Source: Camelus ferus
Lineage: Eukaryota
Assembly: GCF_009834535.1 (NCBI RefSeq)
Contig: NC_045698.1
Coordinates: 12,216,001-12,280,000, forward strand
DNA: 64,000 nucleotides
Reading direction: 5' to 3'
In this document: in pieces, positions 1 to 11,344 of the stretch
How the letters are laid out: the number at the start of each line of letters is the position of its first letter
How positions within the stretch are numbered: position 1 is the first letter of the stretch
Position numbers and translations under genes: made by a program
Notes under the pieces: generated by a model
Seen by the model: only the letters and a program-made list of their open reading frames with translations
Database searches by the model: none
What the model was told of the DNA's origin: nothing

Positions 1-42
1 GGTCCAGGTAGTGCAGTGAGTTGATATATCTTCTAAGTCTCT

Positions 43-178
43 ATTGTTTTTGTTTTTTTGGGGGGCGAGTGGGTAATTAGGTTTATTTATTTACTTTTAG
101 TGGAGGTACTGGGGATTGAACCCAGGGCCTCGTGAATGCTAAGCATGTACTCTACCACTTAGCTATACCCTCCCACCA
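43..178 (-). mobile_element. tRNA-Ala-derived SINE (camelid-type) with 13-nt target-site duplication
   Basis: Reverse strand reads GGGAGGGTATAGCTAAGTGGTAGAG..GGGTTCAATCCCCAGTACCTCCA plus A-rich tail; TSD cttctaagtctct (30-42) / cttttaagtctct (179-191). Confidence 0.9.
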
Positions 179-577
179 CTTTTAAGTCTCTCTTAATTCC
201 CTGGTTTTCCCTCCATCTCCATCTTTCTCTTTTTCCCTTCTTACAATTTTGTTGCTGAAGAAATGGGGTCATCCTCAGTACTACACTGATTAGTTACTTC
301 TCTGTTTAGGAAGCTTTAGGATCTCTCAGATGACAAAATGTCCTGGAATTCATGGCCCTTCATATTCTGGGACCCATTTCACTTCATACAAGGTGTCCCG
401 TCAGCCGGCCCCCGTCTATTCAGGGACAGGACTTATGTTCCTGATTCAGGACTCCTCCTCCTGCCGCTTTCCCATCTCCTTGCTTCCTGGTCCACTTCCA
501 GTCCCAAACATCCACAAAACCTCCGAGGACAACTCCAGGCCACACTGACCCAGAAACAGACAACACAACCCTCTACT

Positions 578-822
578 GGATGATTAAGAGCCGAGGGTTT
601 AGAGTCAGACAGACCTGGGTTCATTTCAAATCCCAGCTCCAGTCTTCAGAGGGACTGAGCAAGTCTGCATTTCTCTAAACCTCAGCTTCCTCATCTATAA
701 AATGGGGACAATAATATGTACTTCTAAGATTATGGGAGAAGTGAAGGAGATAATGTATATAAAGTGATCAGCCCAATGACTAGCTCATGGTGAATGCACA
801 GTAAATGGCAGCTGTTATCATA
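578..822 (+). mobile_element. MIR SINE
   Basis: gagtcagacagacctgggttc..cctcagcttcctcatctataaaatggggacaataata MIR core. Confidence 0.8.
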
Positions 823-1588
823 CCCCATCTGGGTCAAAGCTGCCCTTCCTACCACACGAGCCAGCAGGTCAGCAGTGGTCAGGCGTGGGTCTGGTTCAAT
901 GCCAACCACGCGGTCCAACAGACCTCACACAGAAGCCCCACCTCCAACGCAGCCAACACTGAGTAACTCAATGAAAGAGAGCCTCCCAGAGGGCAGATCA
1001 ATAAGTGTCTGTCCACTGACACTCCTCCATTGCCCATTATGTTAGGATTTGGGGGTAGAACGGAACAAGTCAGTCAGTGAAGTCGTTTTCATATGCTCTA
1101 CCTCTAAACTCTCTAAAATGTTCACATATTTCAAATGCAAATAAGAATGGTCCTCATATTTTCCCTGAATTTTGGACATCTGGACAAGGTAACTGACACT
1201 GATCTGATTTAACCATGCACTTGGTTATGATACTGTAAACATACATGAGAAAAATTTTAAAAATTCAGACACTGGAAGAAATACTTTATATTCACAAGCC
1301 TTTAAATACAAATCAGAGTAATTCCAAATGACCCAACAGTCCTTTAGAATTATTTTATAAGCTTAAAATAAGTAGCTATGCATTTCTAACTAGACAAAAA
1401 AAAAGTACATCTTTTTACCTGTCTCAGAAATAAAAACTATATTTTCCTTCTAAAGCGCTGTCTGATTTAAAAGGAGAGGAAAAAATTAAATACACACCTC
1501 CATAGACCTCACATAAACCCAATTTCTATTTTCAATTCTTAAAATCACAACAAAGATTGATTCCTCCAAGCCAGCAGCGCAGACTCAC

Positions 1589-1697
1589 CTTGAATTGTGA
1601 GCTGACTGTGGGCCGTCGATGTTTGCTTCCACATTTCAAGGTATCCTGGTTATTGCGGCTCGAAACATGTTCAAATAGGTCGTAGATGAAGTCGAAT
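1589..1697 (-). CDS. MYO10: MYO10 exon 18 (109 nt), loop 2 region: FDFIYDLFEHVSSRNNQDTLKCGSKHRRPTVSSQFK
   Basis: Acceptor CACAG|ATT, donor AAG|GTGAGT; also visible within ORF 1532..1738(-). Confidence 0.97.
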
Positions 1698-2064
1698 CTG
1701 TGTGAGTGAGCAGAGAGGAGAAGGACCGTGAGGGGCACACACCCAATTATCAGGTGCAGGATTACTGCAATTGCAACTCATTTTCCCACTGAAAACAATA
1801 CATCAAGGCCTGGAAGAGCTAAGACAGCTTCCAAAGATTTCAAACCAACCACTGCCAACGGGCTTTGGGCACAGAAAACAGATGGGGCGGCCTTTGGGGC
1901 ACTAGAGTTGCAGAAAGAAGAGGACCGGGAGAAAGGTGACCCCAGGTGACAAGCCGCTAGGACCGCCGGGCTTCCCAGAGCTTCTGCAGCCTCGGCTTCT
2001 CGCCTGTAGAAGGCGGGTGTCTTTCTTGTGCATCTCAGTGTTGCCAGGATCCCACCAGGTAACA

Positions 2065-2302
2065 GATGGAAAGGTGCTAACTCTAGAGCGAGGCCAATCA
2101 GGCCCAAATTCCGCCTCCTCCATGTCCCAGTTGTGGAACTTAGGATGCTTGACCCTCTGGTCCTGTTTTTCATCTGGAAAATGGGGGCAATTTTAGGATT
2201 TATCCCGTAATCCTAGGGAGAGAAGGAAGTGAAGAAACGCAGGCAAAAGGCTGAGCGTGATGCCCCGCACCTCCCACGTGCTGATGTTAGTTGCTCTTAT
2301 TA
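2065..2302 (+). mobile_element. MIR SINE
   Basis: ctgtttttcatctggaaaatgggg core with degenerate flanks. Confidence 0.6.
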
Positions 2303-3454
2303 TTAAAAAGTTCTATAAAACCTATTGCCACTGCTAATAGAATAAAAGGCTTCTCAAGAACGTCTTTCAGTCTTCCCTAAATAGAAGATGCTATGGGCTA
2401 CAAAACAGGGACTGTGGTGGCTTTGCTGGGGCCAGGAAAGGCGGGGAGACCGCCTGGCATCCCCATCCTCCAGGCGGCGATGCCTCCCATCACCTCTCAT
2501 CCCGCCCGGCCCATTCTCATTTTCCTTCTCCCTCTTTGATGTTCTCTGCACTCTGAGCATTTGGGAGAAAAGCTGTGGTTCCACTTAAACTGTCACAGAC
2601 GTCAAAGGGGGAAGGGAGCAGGGCCAGGGAACAGCTCAAGCCTCTCTGTCTGCAAAGAGAAACCTGGGGCTGGAACAACGTTCTTCACCTCAATTTCACA
2701 ACCACCGGACACGATGACCGAGGCAGCCAGTGGAACGCTATCTCACTGGTCTCCAGGCTGTCTTCATGACAGCAACATGCTTCCATTCAACCTCAAGACA
2801 CCGGTTTGACTTAAATGTACCTCGTTCATCTGCTTTTGTGGTGCTTTAAAAACAGCGCCATCTTAACAGGTCTGAAAACTCATCTGAAAAATAAAAGTAG
2901 CTGACAAAGTTGTAAATAGGGAATTCTCATGTAGGAGAGTTATTTAAGACAAGTTGGAAGGTGGAGCATGTCAATCCATGGTTCTAAGCCGATACTTCAG
3001 GTGGGTTCCCTTTGCCCTAGTCACAGCTCTCCAAGTGACGGGGTGGTCACCTGGTACTTCCATTTCTGAAAGTATTACAGTTTTTTAATAACTATTAAAA
3101 ATTTGTGATCGATTCATGCTGGATCTGAAACAAGTATTGAAAACTGTAAGGCAAGGACTGTTCCCCCCTCTTTCTCGCTCACAAAACTTCCTAAAGCTAA
3201 AAAGCCTCCTGGTTTAAAACATACAAATAGCTAAACTAATCATTATAAGTTTCTGCATGCTTTCCCTAATTATCCATTTAATAGTGTGAATTTTCAATTC
3301 ACGAACAAATAAACGTGTAATTTATAATTTTAGCCAAATCAGTACTTGTTTAACTCCCTCAACAGCTCTCACATACATTACAGACACATGGGTGCTACCA
3401 ACCCAAGACTGAGATCAGTTTGAAACCTAGCTCTAAGCTTGCACTGAAGAAAGT

Positions 3455-3620
3455 AGGTGATACTGGTTAAGATCTCAGGTTCTTGAGCCAAACAGACCAG
3501 ATCAAAACTAGCTGAGGGATCTTGGCCAAGTCACTTAACAGCTCTAAGTCTTCATTTTCTCACCTGCGTAACAGGATTAATACAAGTATCTAACTCATGG
3601 ATTTGCCGTTCCTCATTAAA
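3455..3620 (+). mobile_element. MIR SINE
   Basis: cttggccaagtcacttaacagctctaagtcttcattttctcacctgcgtaa. Confidence 0.65.
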
Positions 3621-3799
3621 TAGTAGTCACTACCACTAGCATCAGCTTATAACTCTCAGGTCATTTTATTGATGAAATATTGCCTGAGGAAGAAGATAAT
3701 GAACCAAGCTGCTTCCATATTAATTTTTTTCCTGCATTCGTGAATTAAAAGCATTTGCACAAACATTAGTTTGACATCTCCGGGAGGAGAATGACGTAC

Positions 3800-3882
3800 C
3801 GGCTCTCTCTCAGCAAGTTGAGAAGATCATCCCTGAAGGTATCTCTGTTCTTCTCCAAGATGCCCCGCACATCATACTGCAC
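3800..3882 (-). CDS. MYO10: MYO10 exon 17 (83 nt) VQYDVRGILEKNRDTFRDDLLNLLRES(R)
   Basis: Acceptor AACTAG|GTG, donor CG|GTACGT; LEKNRD motif. Confidence 0.96.
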
Positions 3883-4073
3883 CTAGTTTTGGAAAATAAA
3901 CGAGAGAAGACAGAACTGATAAAAAAAATCATTTCGGACAATGAGCATCTCCTTTAAAAGGCAGGACCATGAAAAGGCATTAGTTCAGTATTTTTATGAT
4001 TGACTTCTGAAATTACTATTTCTCTAAATATCAAATGGGCAAATATTAGCAAGGATCTTGATTAAGAAGTTAC

Positions 4074-4142
4074 CTCTCCAGCGTAGTGTTTCACTCCAAA
4101 ATTGTTGACTGCAACTCTGGGCTTCACGTAAAAGTGGTTATT
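4074..4142 (-). CDS. MYO10: MYO10 exon 16 (69 nt) NNHFYVKPRVAVNNFGVKHYAGE
   Basis: Acceptor TTATTAG|AAT, donor GAG|GTAACT; HYAG motif. Confidence 0.96.
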
Positions 4143-4161
4143 CTAATAAAAAACAAATATA

Positions 4162-4317
4162 GGGTGGGGGGGATACAGCTCAGCCATAGAGTTCATGTCT
4201 AGTATGCACAAGGGGGTTCAATCCCCAGTACCTCCATTAAAAATTAAGTAATTAAATAAAAACCTAATTATCTCTCCCCCCAACAAAATGAACAATAACA
4301 ACAACAAAAAAAAACCC
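4162..4317 (+). mobile_element. tRNA-derived SINE, same family
   Basis: Degenerate A box (CAGCTCAGCCATAGAG), B box GGTTCAATCC, tail aaataaaaacctaatta shared with the copy at 43-178; TSD aacaaatata (4152-4161) / aacaaataca (4318-4327). Confidence 0.88.
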
Positions 4318-4725
4318 AACAAATACATATGCCTAATTTCATTCACTGATGATTTCCAGAGAAAATTAACTATCACTGACAGTGAAAACAATTTCGAAAC
4401 CTGCTGAGTTTCAGAGGTTGAGGACACATCCTACAATGCACTTCATCAAGACCACGTAACTCTGGTCTGTTGTCAGTACACTAGGCTAAAAATGTCAAAT
4501 TTTATACTCAAACTAAACTTGGGCATATTCTGAGAAGTGGCCCCAAATCTATGCCTTTGGCTCATTTCAATTTAGCTCTACCAGTTGGTGAAGCGCTTTC
4601 GTTTGAGGAAAAAAATTTAATGTGGGAGGCACAGTGGGGCCAGCAGCACTGAAATACGTGCACATCATCTTAGGCCGCAGATCTGCCACTCAGACACCAT
4701 GAGGAAAGGGCAGGTTTTGACATAC

Positions 4726-4818
4726 AGCATGTTGGGTGTGTAACTTCTCCAATAAGGTGCTGTCCGTGGCTTGAGGAAAATGGCTTTCTTCATTGATAAG
4801 AGCTAGGAGACCAAGTTT
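4726..4818 (-). CDS. MYO10: MYO10 exon 15 (93 nt) KLGLLALINEESHFPQATDSTLLEKLHTQHA
   Basis: Acceptor TTTCAG|AAA, donor GCT|GTATGT. Confidence 0.96.
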
Positions 4819-5298
4819 CTGAAAGAGAGGAAAAAGGTTAAATGTGAATTAAATGTTGAATGTCTGCCTCTAAATAATTTCACAACTCCTTTCCTTTCTA
4901 CTCTCTATCAAAGCATTTCTCGGATTGAAAAATTCATAGTGATACACCATAAAAGAATTCAATTAATTCCATATTAAAAAACTGAACACACTGCAACCTG
5001 GTGGACAAAAGTTTTACAACTGGCCAATCTACTCTTGGTACTGCAAAGCTCTTGATGCTACGCAAAACCACCATTGACTCTTAAAACACTGACTTCAATG
5101 AGACAATGGGGTTTGAAGCAGCCAAGTATTTAAATTCAAACTTGCACATTCACATTTATGTTTCCAAATGGCCCATTGTGTTCTAAACATTCACATCTTT
5201 GATGTGCGTGTTCGTACAAGCTATTTTGTTCCCATACACATGAATCAGCCCAGCTGGACACCCCTGGGACTGTTAACAATTCTCCAACAGTGTATTAC

Positions 5299-5365
5299 CT
5301 TCTCAATCAAGTCCAGGCATTCTCCATTGTCAATCCAGTCAATATCTTCCCACACTAAGCCTTCT
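5299..5365 (-). CDS. MYO10: MYO10 exon 14 (67 nt) EGLVWEDIDWIDNGECLDLIEK
   Basis: Acceptor TACAG|AGA, donor AAG|GTAATA; DNxxCLDLIEK motif. Confidence 0.96.
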
Positions 5366-5446
5366 CTGTAGAAAGATTTAAAAAAGGCCAAATTGCAGTA
5401 AAATATAGCTTTAAAATTATCCAATTTAGTGGTTGGTTAAAAAAAA

Positions 5447-5536
5447 TTTATTTTTTTAATGGAGGTGCTGGGGATTGAACCCAGAACCTCGTGCATGCTA
5501 AGCATGCTCCCTACCACTGAGCTATACCCACCCCTC
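5447..5536 (-). mobile_element. tRNA-derived SINE, same family, inside the 209-nt intron 13
   Basis: Reverse strand reads TATAGCTCAGTGGTAGGGAGCATGCTTAGCATGCACGAGGTTCTGGGTTCAATCCCCAGCACCTCCATTAAAA. Confidence 0.9.
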
Positions 5537-5574
5537 TAAAAAATTTTTGGAAATGCAATTCGGTAAGTACTTAC

Positions 5575-5675
5575 CTGTTATATTCCAGTTGTTCTAAAGA
5601 AAAAATATGCTTGTTGAAATATTCCTGAAGTTTCTCATTTGCATAGTTTATATTGAACTGCTCAAAGTGATTAAC
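5575..5675 (-). CDS. MYO10: MYO10 exon 13 (101 nt), relay helix: [33 protein letters not shown](R)
   Basis: Acceptor CTTAG|GTT, donor [17 protein letters not shown] motif. Confidence 0.97.
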
Positions 5676-5825
5676 CTAAGTGGGGAAACCATCCAACAAA
5701 TATCGTTAGTACCCTCATTATTTCATCTAAAGGTCAAGAAAAGGCGTCAAAAAATCTGCAGAGAAAAATATCAATATTTATTTAAAGAGATTTGTTTAAG
5801 ATTCCCCCACTCTTCAGAAGCATAC

Positions 5826-5972
5826 CTCAAAGTTTTCAAATCCGAAGATGTCGAGGATGCCGATAGACTTGAAGTCATCCTTGCCCTTGATCCTACTGTT
5901 GATCTTCTTGATCACCCACTCGAAGCAGCGGGCGTAAAGGGCCATGGCCAAGGAGTCTCTGCTGTCCACCGC
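5826..5972 (-). CDS. MYO10: MYO10 exon 12 (147 nt), switch II: AVDSRDSLAMALYARCFEWVIKKINSRIKGKDDFKSIGILDIFGFENFE
   Basis: Acceptor CCCGCAG|GCG, donor GAG|GTATGC; DIFGFE motif. Confidence 0.97.
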
Positions 5973-6689
5973 CTGCGGGGAGTGGACCCCAGGTCACGGC
6001 TCCCGGATGGCCACTCTCAGCCCAGGTGGGAAGCCCAGCCCTGCCCCGCCCGCCCAGGAGACACGCCCGCTTGACAGCCGCGCGCCCGATGTTCAGTCAA
6101 TCAACACCATCCAGGAAAACCCAGCTGTCTCAAGAAAGGGTGACCTGGAGCTTGCTTACTGAACCCTGTCAGCAGGGTTCACCAAGAGTCCTTCTAAGTG
6201 CCAGGCTTTCAAATTCAACTTTACATCTTGAGTTATAAGAAAGAATCTGAACCACTACACACAGCTACAAATTCTATCAGGTTGAAAACAGTAATTAAGA
6301 CCTGACCCTGCTCCTTATATCTTCCTCTCATAGTCTACTTTGTACACATGGAAGTTTTCTTCAGGGTATGGTTAGCATTTTTACTTATCCGGCCAAGAAA
6401 CACTAGATGGGCTAACACATATAACCGGCTCAAGGCAGCAGCAGAGGCAAAAATAAGAAAAACAACACACTGTAGAGTTGTTTTCATTCAGAATAATTAC
6501 CAAATAGCTAATTCTTATTTAATCCTTACTCTGCATCCATCATTAAGTACTTAGCACATTTTTTTTCAAAATTGTAATTGCGTAATTTATTAAAGTAAAT
6601 AACTCTTCAGTCAGAGTGCAAAATGAAAGCACCTTATTTTAAAGATGGGAGAGCAAGAATGTCCATTCTTTTTATTATCATCCTTATAA

Positions 6690-6855
6690 GAATCCAATGA
6701 ATTAGGCATGATAATTATTCTTCTCTTACAGAGGAGGAAACTGAGATACAGTGAATGAATTTCCCAAGAAATATGAATATAGTAAGTGGAAGCGTCAGGA
6801 CTCAGACTCAGGGGAATCACCATCAGATCCAATCCTCTTACAGACTCTGCTCCAT
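6690..6855 (-). mobile_element. MIR SINE
   Basis: ttacagaggaggaaactgagatacag..tagtaagtgg. Confidence 0.65.
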
Positions 6856-7040
6856 TGTCCCTAAGAAAGACCACAGAACAGCTCTGTCTGTTCCCCTCAA
6901 TGTGCGTGTCTTCTTTATTTTCACCATGAACCAAACTCATCCGAATGGTTCACTGTAGTTACTTATTCGAATCAAAGCCCCAGATCGGCAGATCCAGAAG
7001 TGCTTTTAATAGTCCCTCTGAGGGCCACACATGTGCGCAC

Positions 7041-7159
7041 CTGCTGAACGTTGAGAGGCGTCAGGATCTCCTCCCCGCGGAGGAACATAGATCTCTGGGT
7101 CAAGGCATCCGTGAGCTGTGCCGGGTCCAGCCCAAGTAACTCTGCAGACCTGCCCAAGG
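7041..7159 (-). CDS. MYO10: MYO10 exon 11 (119 nt) LGRSAELLGLDPAQLTDALTQRSMFLRGEEILTPLNVQQ
   Basis: Acceptor TTCCCAG|CC, donor CAG|GTGCGC; frame continuous with neighbours. Confidence 0.96.
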
Positions 7160-7374
7160 CTGGGAAGGAAGGACAAAGCTAAAGTGAACACACAGCCGTG
7201 GGACCCCGAATGGGCGCAAAGCCAACTTCACATAGCAACACGGTCAAGCAGAGAAAATTCCTAAGTCCTGCAGGCAGGATTTCCAGGACATATTCTCTAC
7301 TGGTAGGTTATTCACTCCCCTAACGAGTCTTAGGGAATCTGGTGCTGGGACCAAATACGGTCCAGAGACCCCAA

Positions 7375-7832
7375 AGCAGGTTCCCCAGGACCCTGTCAGA
7401 AGTCTGCAGGGTCATAACTACTTTCAATAGTAAGACTAAGATGCTATCTGCATTTTGACTCTCATTCCCTCACCATATACTGAAGTTTCCCAGGGGCTAC
7501 ATGATGTGAGGTAGCTCAACACATCGAAGGCAGAAGCAGAAGAATCCAGCTACTCCATTACAGCAAACATTTTAAAAATTCGCAAAAATGAAAGACAATG
7601 TCACTCTTCTCACTGATTTTTTGATTATGTTTTGAAAGACTGTCTTTTAAATAAATAACGACATTTTAATATAGGCAATGGGTTTATTATGATTATTTTA
7701 AAGTGAATTTTTTTTTAACTACCTCAGTTTTAATTTCTACTGCAGTAACCATCAACAGATATGACCCACAGGAACAAAAGCTCTGTGATCTTAAGATTCA
7801 GAGCTGCTGTGACCAAACGTCCCAGAACAACT
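7375..7832. mobile_element. hAT-Charlie DNA transposon fragment (subfamily uncertain)
   Basis: gcagaagcagaagaatccagct..gcaaaaatgaaagacaatgtcactcttctcact resembles Charlie-family internal sequence. Confidence 0.55.
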
Positions 7833-8489
7833 GGTGTCAGCCCCAGGCTCCTCGAGGGCCACCCTGACCTTCAGCTCATCCAGTTCCCAGCCTCCACACC
7901 CTCATCCATTGCTTCCATCAGAAACACTTAAAAACTAAATCACTCCAGGAAAATGACAACTGACACTGTTCTGTGGATATTAACTCAACCTTGACAATCC
8001 ATCTCTGGGGCACTCTACAGATGAGAAGTCACTCGTGTTGAGAGGTGAGCTGTAACCCAAGGAGACAGCTTGTGGCAGAGACAGGCTACAAACCAATTAA
8101 TCTAGCTTGGAAGCTAACGGACTTAACCCTTCCCCTACGCTGGTATTCACTAACCATGAATGACTATGGCAACACTACACATCTGACTCGCAACGTTTAT
8201 CCTCCAATTCTCATCACTCGTTATCTCCTCTTATCCGGCCCATTTTCCTTCTCAGTGAAAATGAAGACACAGCCCCCATCCCGCTCAGTAATCACTTGTC
8301 ATGACGCTCTGACCCTTCACGAGCTGACAGTTCACATCAGCTACAGAGTTCTGGAACTGTTATTCCAGGGGTCAAAAAATTCTCCTGTTAAAGGCCAGAC
8401 AATAAACATTTTAGATCTAGGAGGCAAACATTTAGATCCTAGGAGGCAAAAGCCAAGGAAGTAAAGGAGGGAGGGAGGAGTAATCTCAC

Positions 8490-8619
8490 CCGTTTTGAAG
8501 GAAACTTGAGCCCCACCGGCAGTGATGAATTCTATGTTCCCAAGGTGTAATATACCAGCAAGCAGCCGCAGAACTTCCCGGACCTCCTCCTTGCTAAACT
8601 GCATTACCTCCATTGCCGT
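8490..8619 (-). CDS. MYO10: MYO10 exon 10 (130 nt) TAMEVMQFSKEEVREVLRLLAGILHLGNIEFITAGGAQVSFKT(A)
   Basis: Acceptor TTCCAG|ACG, donor G|GTGAGA; ILHLGNIEF motif. Confidence 0.97.
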
Positions 8620-9357
8620 CTGGAAGAAAATAAGTATTTGATTTTTAATTTTTTTTCATACTAAAGGAAATGAAAAATGCTCATTACTCAATACAGTTAT
8701 AAAGAATTACTCTAATGGCAAGAATGCAAGAAACAGATGCATGCCCACTCACTTTTGAGTGACAAACACTTCACACAGGTACACAAAAGAAGAGCGGAAT
8801 ATTAAGAAAGAACTGCAGAATACTGAGCGAAGCTCAAACAATGTAATAATAAATACCTGCCTTATGTACAAGACTCCTCCTCATGCCGTAAAAGAATGAC
8901 CTCAGAGTCACAGTAATGATGGTGACAAAGAAATACTGTTTCTACATGTATCGAAATGTAATGGAACATTTATCATTTCCTTACACGTAAAGAATGGGGA
9001 GGGACATGTCCTGAGATTTTTTCCAGTGTAAACTTTGGGGACTTGTCCTCATGGTTAAACGCAGCAGGGACTCCAGTAGGAGGAATGAAACTCCCCATCA
9101 GGGGCTGTACAGATACAAGAGGCTTCTGCTCCTTTTATGAGAGAGGATGACGGAGCATCTGAATGGATCTGCATCTGTCTCCCCTAGGTGGTCATCACAT
9201 CTCTGCTTTCCATTTCTCCAAAGGATTTCTGAGGTCTTATTTTAGTCTCTGGATACTAAATGAAAGGTAACGTAATGCTTATTTGGGGAAAATTAAAATC
9301 AACAGGCACCTACAGCAAGTATCTAAACTGAAGCCAGTCATCTTGCGAATCAGATCC

Positions 9358-9732
9358 TGTATGATTTCATTTACAGGAAATTCTAGAAAAGGCAAGTCTA
9401 CACTCTAGTGACTCAAGGCAGATCTGTGGTTTCCCAGGGCTGGGGTGGGTGGCTGGGAGTGTCTACGAAGAGGGACAAGAAACTTTTAGGGTATATAACT
9501 GTCCTTTAGTTTGACTGTGGTTGCGGGTACATGGGTGTGCAAATTCAAAATTCACTTTATATACTTTATATGGGAGCACTTTATTATATGGACATTATAA
9601 CTCAATCAAGTTGGCTACAAGAAATAAAAAGACCATGAATTATTTCATCAAGGGAGAGAAGACTATCATTTCATGGGTACAGACGGAAATGCTGCAAAGA
9701 ATAAGAACTATTAGTTGAGTGCTTATCAATTT
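9358..9732 (+). repeat. Copy 1 of a ~375-bp local direct duplication (old L1M 3' end plus flank)
   Basis: Aligns by eye to 10969-11344 at roughly 92% identity; the ORF track shows twin peptides at 9521 and 11133. Confidence 0.93.
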
Positions 9733-10968
9733 AAACACACACTACACACACACACAACTGAGGATGGAATTGCTGGCGATGCTGATGAAAATAACCTACA
9801 AAGAGATCTGCGACCCATCACACTACAAGGACCAAGGAGCTGGGGAAGGAGGAAGCCTCACAGCACTCTGAGGCACAGAAACTGCAAAAAGGAAACAACT
9901 GCAGATTTTAATTTCTTTAACAAGGAGAAAAAAACCAGTAAAGCCAAAAACAAAGGGCAAAAACAATAGACAGGGAAGCAGAATTAAAAAATGGCAAGGC
10001 AAGGGGCCATGGCTATATTGAGAGACATTTGAGTGACAAAAACAAAGTAGGCACTTCTTGTGAGAGGAAACACAAACCCACAGAGAAATGTTTTCCTTCC
10101 TGGAAATCAAACATGCGCAAATTAAAGAAAATGAGATACCTTCTATCAAGCTAGCAAACATTTTCTGAATGATAAACCTAAAATGGGTGAAACTGGGGTA
10201 TTTATGCTCTGGTCACTGGTACTATAAATTTGTGTAATCTTTCTGGAAAACAAGACTGTGGGGCAGCAGTGTGCCAGGCCACACAGGTACATAACCTTAC
10301 AGCCTTCATAGAGACTAAGTAACTTTCTCAGAGTTAACACAACCAAGATTCAAAGTCAGGCCCGACAAACCCAAAGTCTGGGAACTTATTACCCACCTAC
10401 CTCTGTGGCTTTCTAAGGACACAGACACACACACACACAAAACCAATCTACACAATCTCCCTTAACTTCTATGCTGGAAACTTGTTTCAAGGAAAAGCTC
10501 AAAGGGACACAAAGTTTTGTAAAATATTCACTCCAGTGTTATCTTAACACTTTCAGAGAAAAAATTCTTGCCATCCTATAGACAAGTCAAATATAGTAAA
10601 TCAACTTGTTAGAATAGTGTGTAGTTTTTAAAGGAAATTACGAACATCATATAGAAACGACTGCATTTCTGACAGCTTTAAGTAAAAAATTATATTTTTG
10701 TAACTCATTTTTCAGGAAAATCAGGCCAGGAAGAAAATTTACAGAACTGAATAGAGCTGCAATGTTAGTGCCGAGAGGCCAATGAACATTACATTCTGTC
10801 ACGTCTTTTAATGTTGTTGACATATTTCTACTACAACAGATGAGACTATTACTGGGAGAATGGATAAATAAATTGTTGTCTATTCAGTGGAATTCTACTC
10901 TCCATAAAAACAAATGTGTGTTATGTGCGGTTTGTATGAAAGGAAGCTAGACGCAGGAGAATAGATTT

Positions 10969-11344
10969 TGTATGATTTCATTTACAGGAAATTCTAGAAA
11001 AGACAAATCTATACTGTAGGGGCTGAAGGCAGATCAGTGGTTTCCCAGGGGTAGGGGTAGGGGGCTGGGCTTGTCTAGGAAGGGGGACAAGAAACTTTCA
11101 GGGTGTGTAACTGTCCTTTAGTTTGACTATGGTTGTGGGTACATGAGTGTGCAAATTCAAAATTCACTTTATATACTTTATATGGGAGCATTTTATTATA
11201 TGGACATTATAACTCAATCAAGTTGGCTGCAAGAAATAAAAAGACCATGAATTATTTCATTAAGGGACAGAAGGCTATCATTTCATGGGTACAGACGGAA
11301 ATGCTGCAAAGAATAAGAGCTATTAGTCAAGTGCTTATCAATTT
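10969..11344 (+). repeat. Copy 2 of the ~375-bp local direct duplication
   Basis: See 9358-9732; preceded by more L1M-like sequence from about 10850. Confidence 0.93.

Noticed and set aside
5607..6074. 155-aa + strand ORF
   Set aside because: Antisense shadow of exons 12-13, with no recognisable domain
8403..8452. Short tandem duplications (aaacattttagatctaggaggc x2; also near 25517, 28141 and 46771) and microsatellites ((AC)n near 47025, (AT)n near 54762) as an array or CRISPR-like structure
   Set aside because: Only two units or simple slippage repeats, with no repeat-spacer periodicity, in eukaryotic intron context
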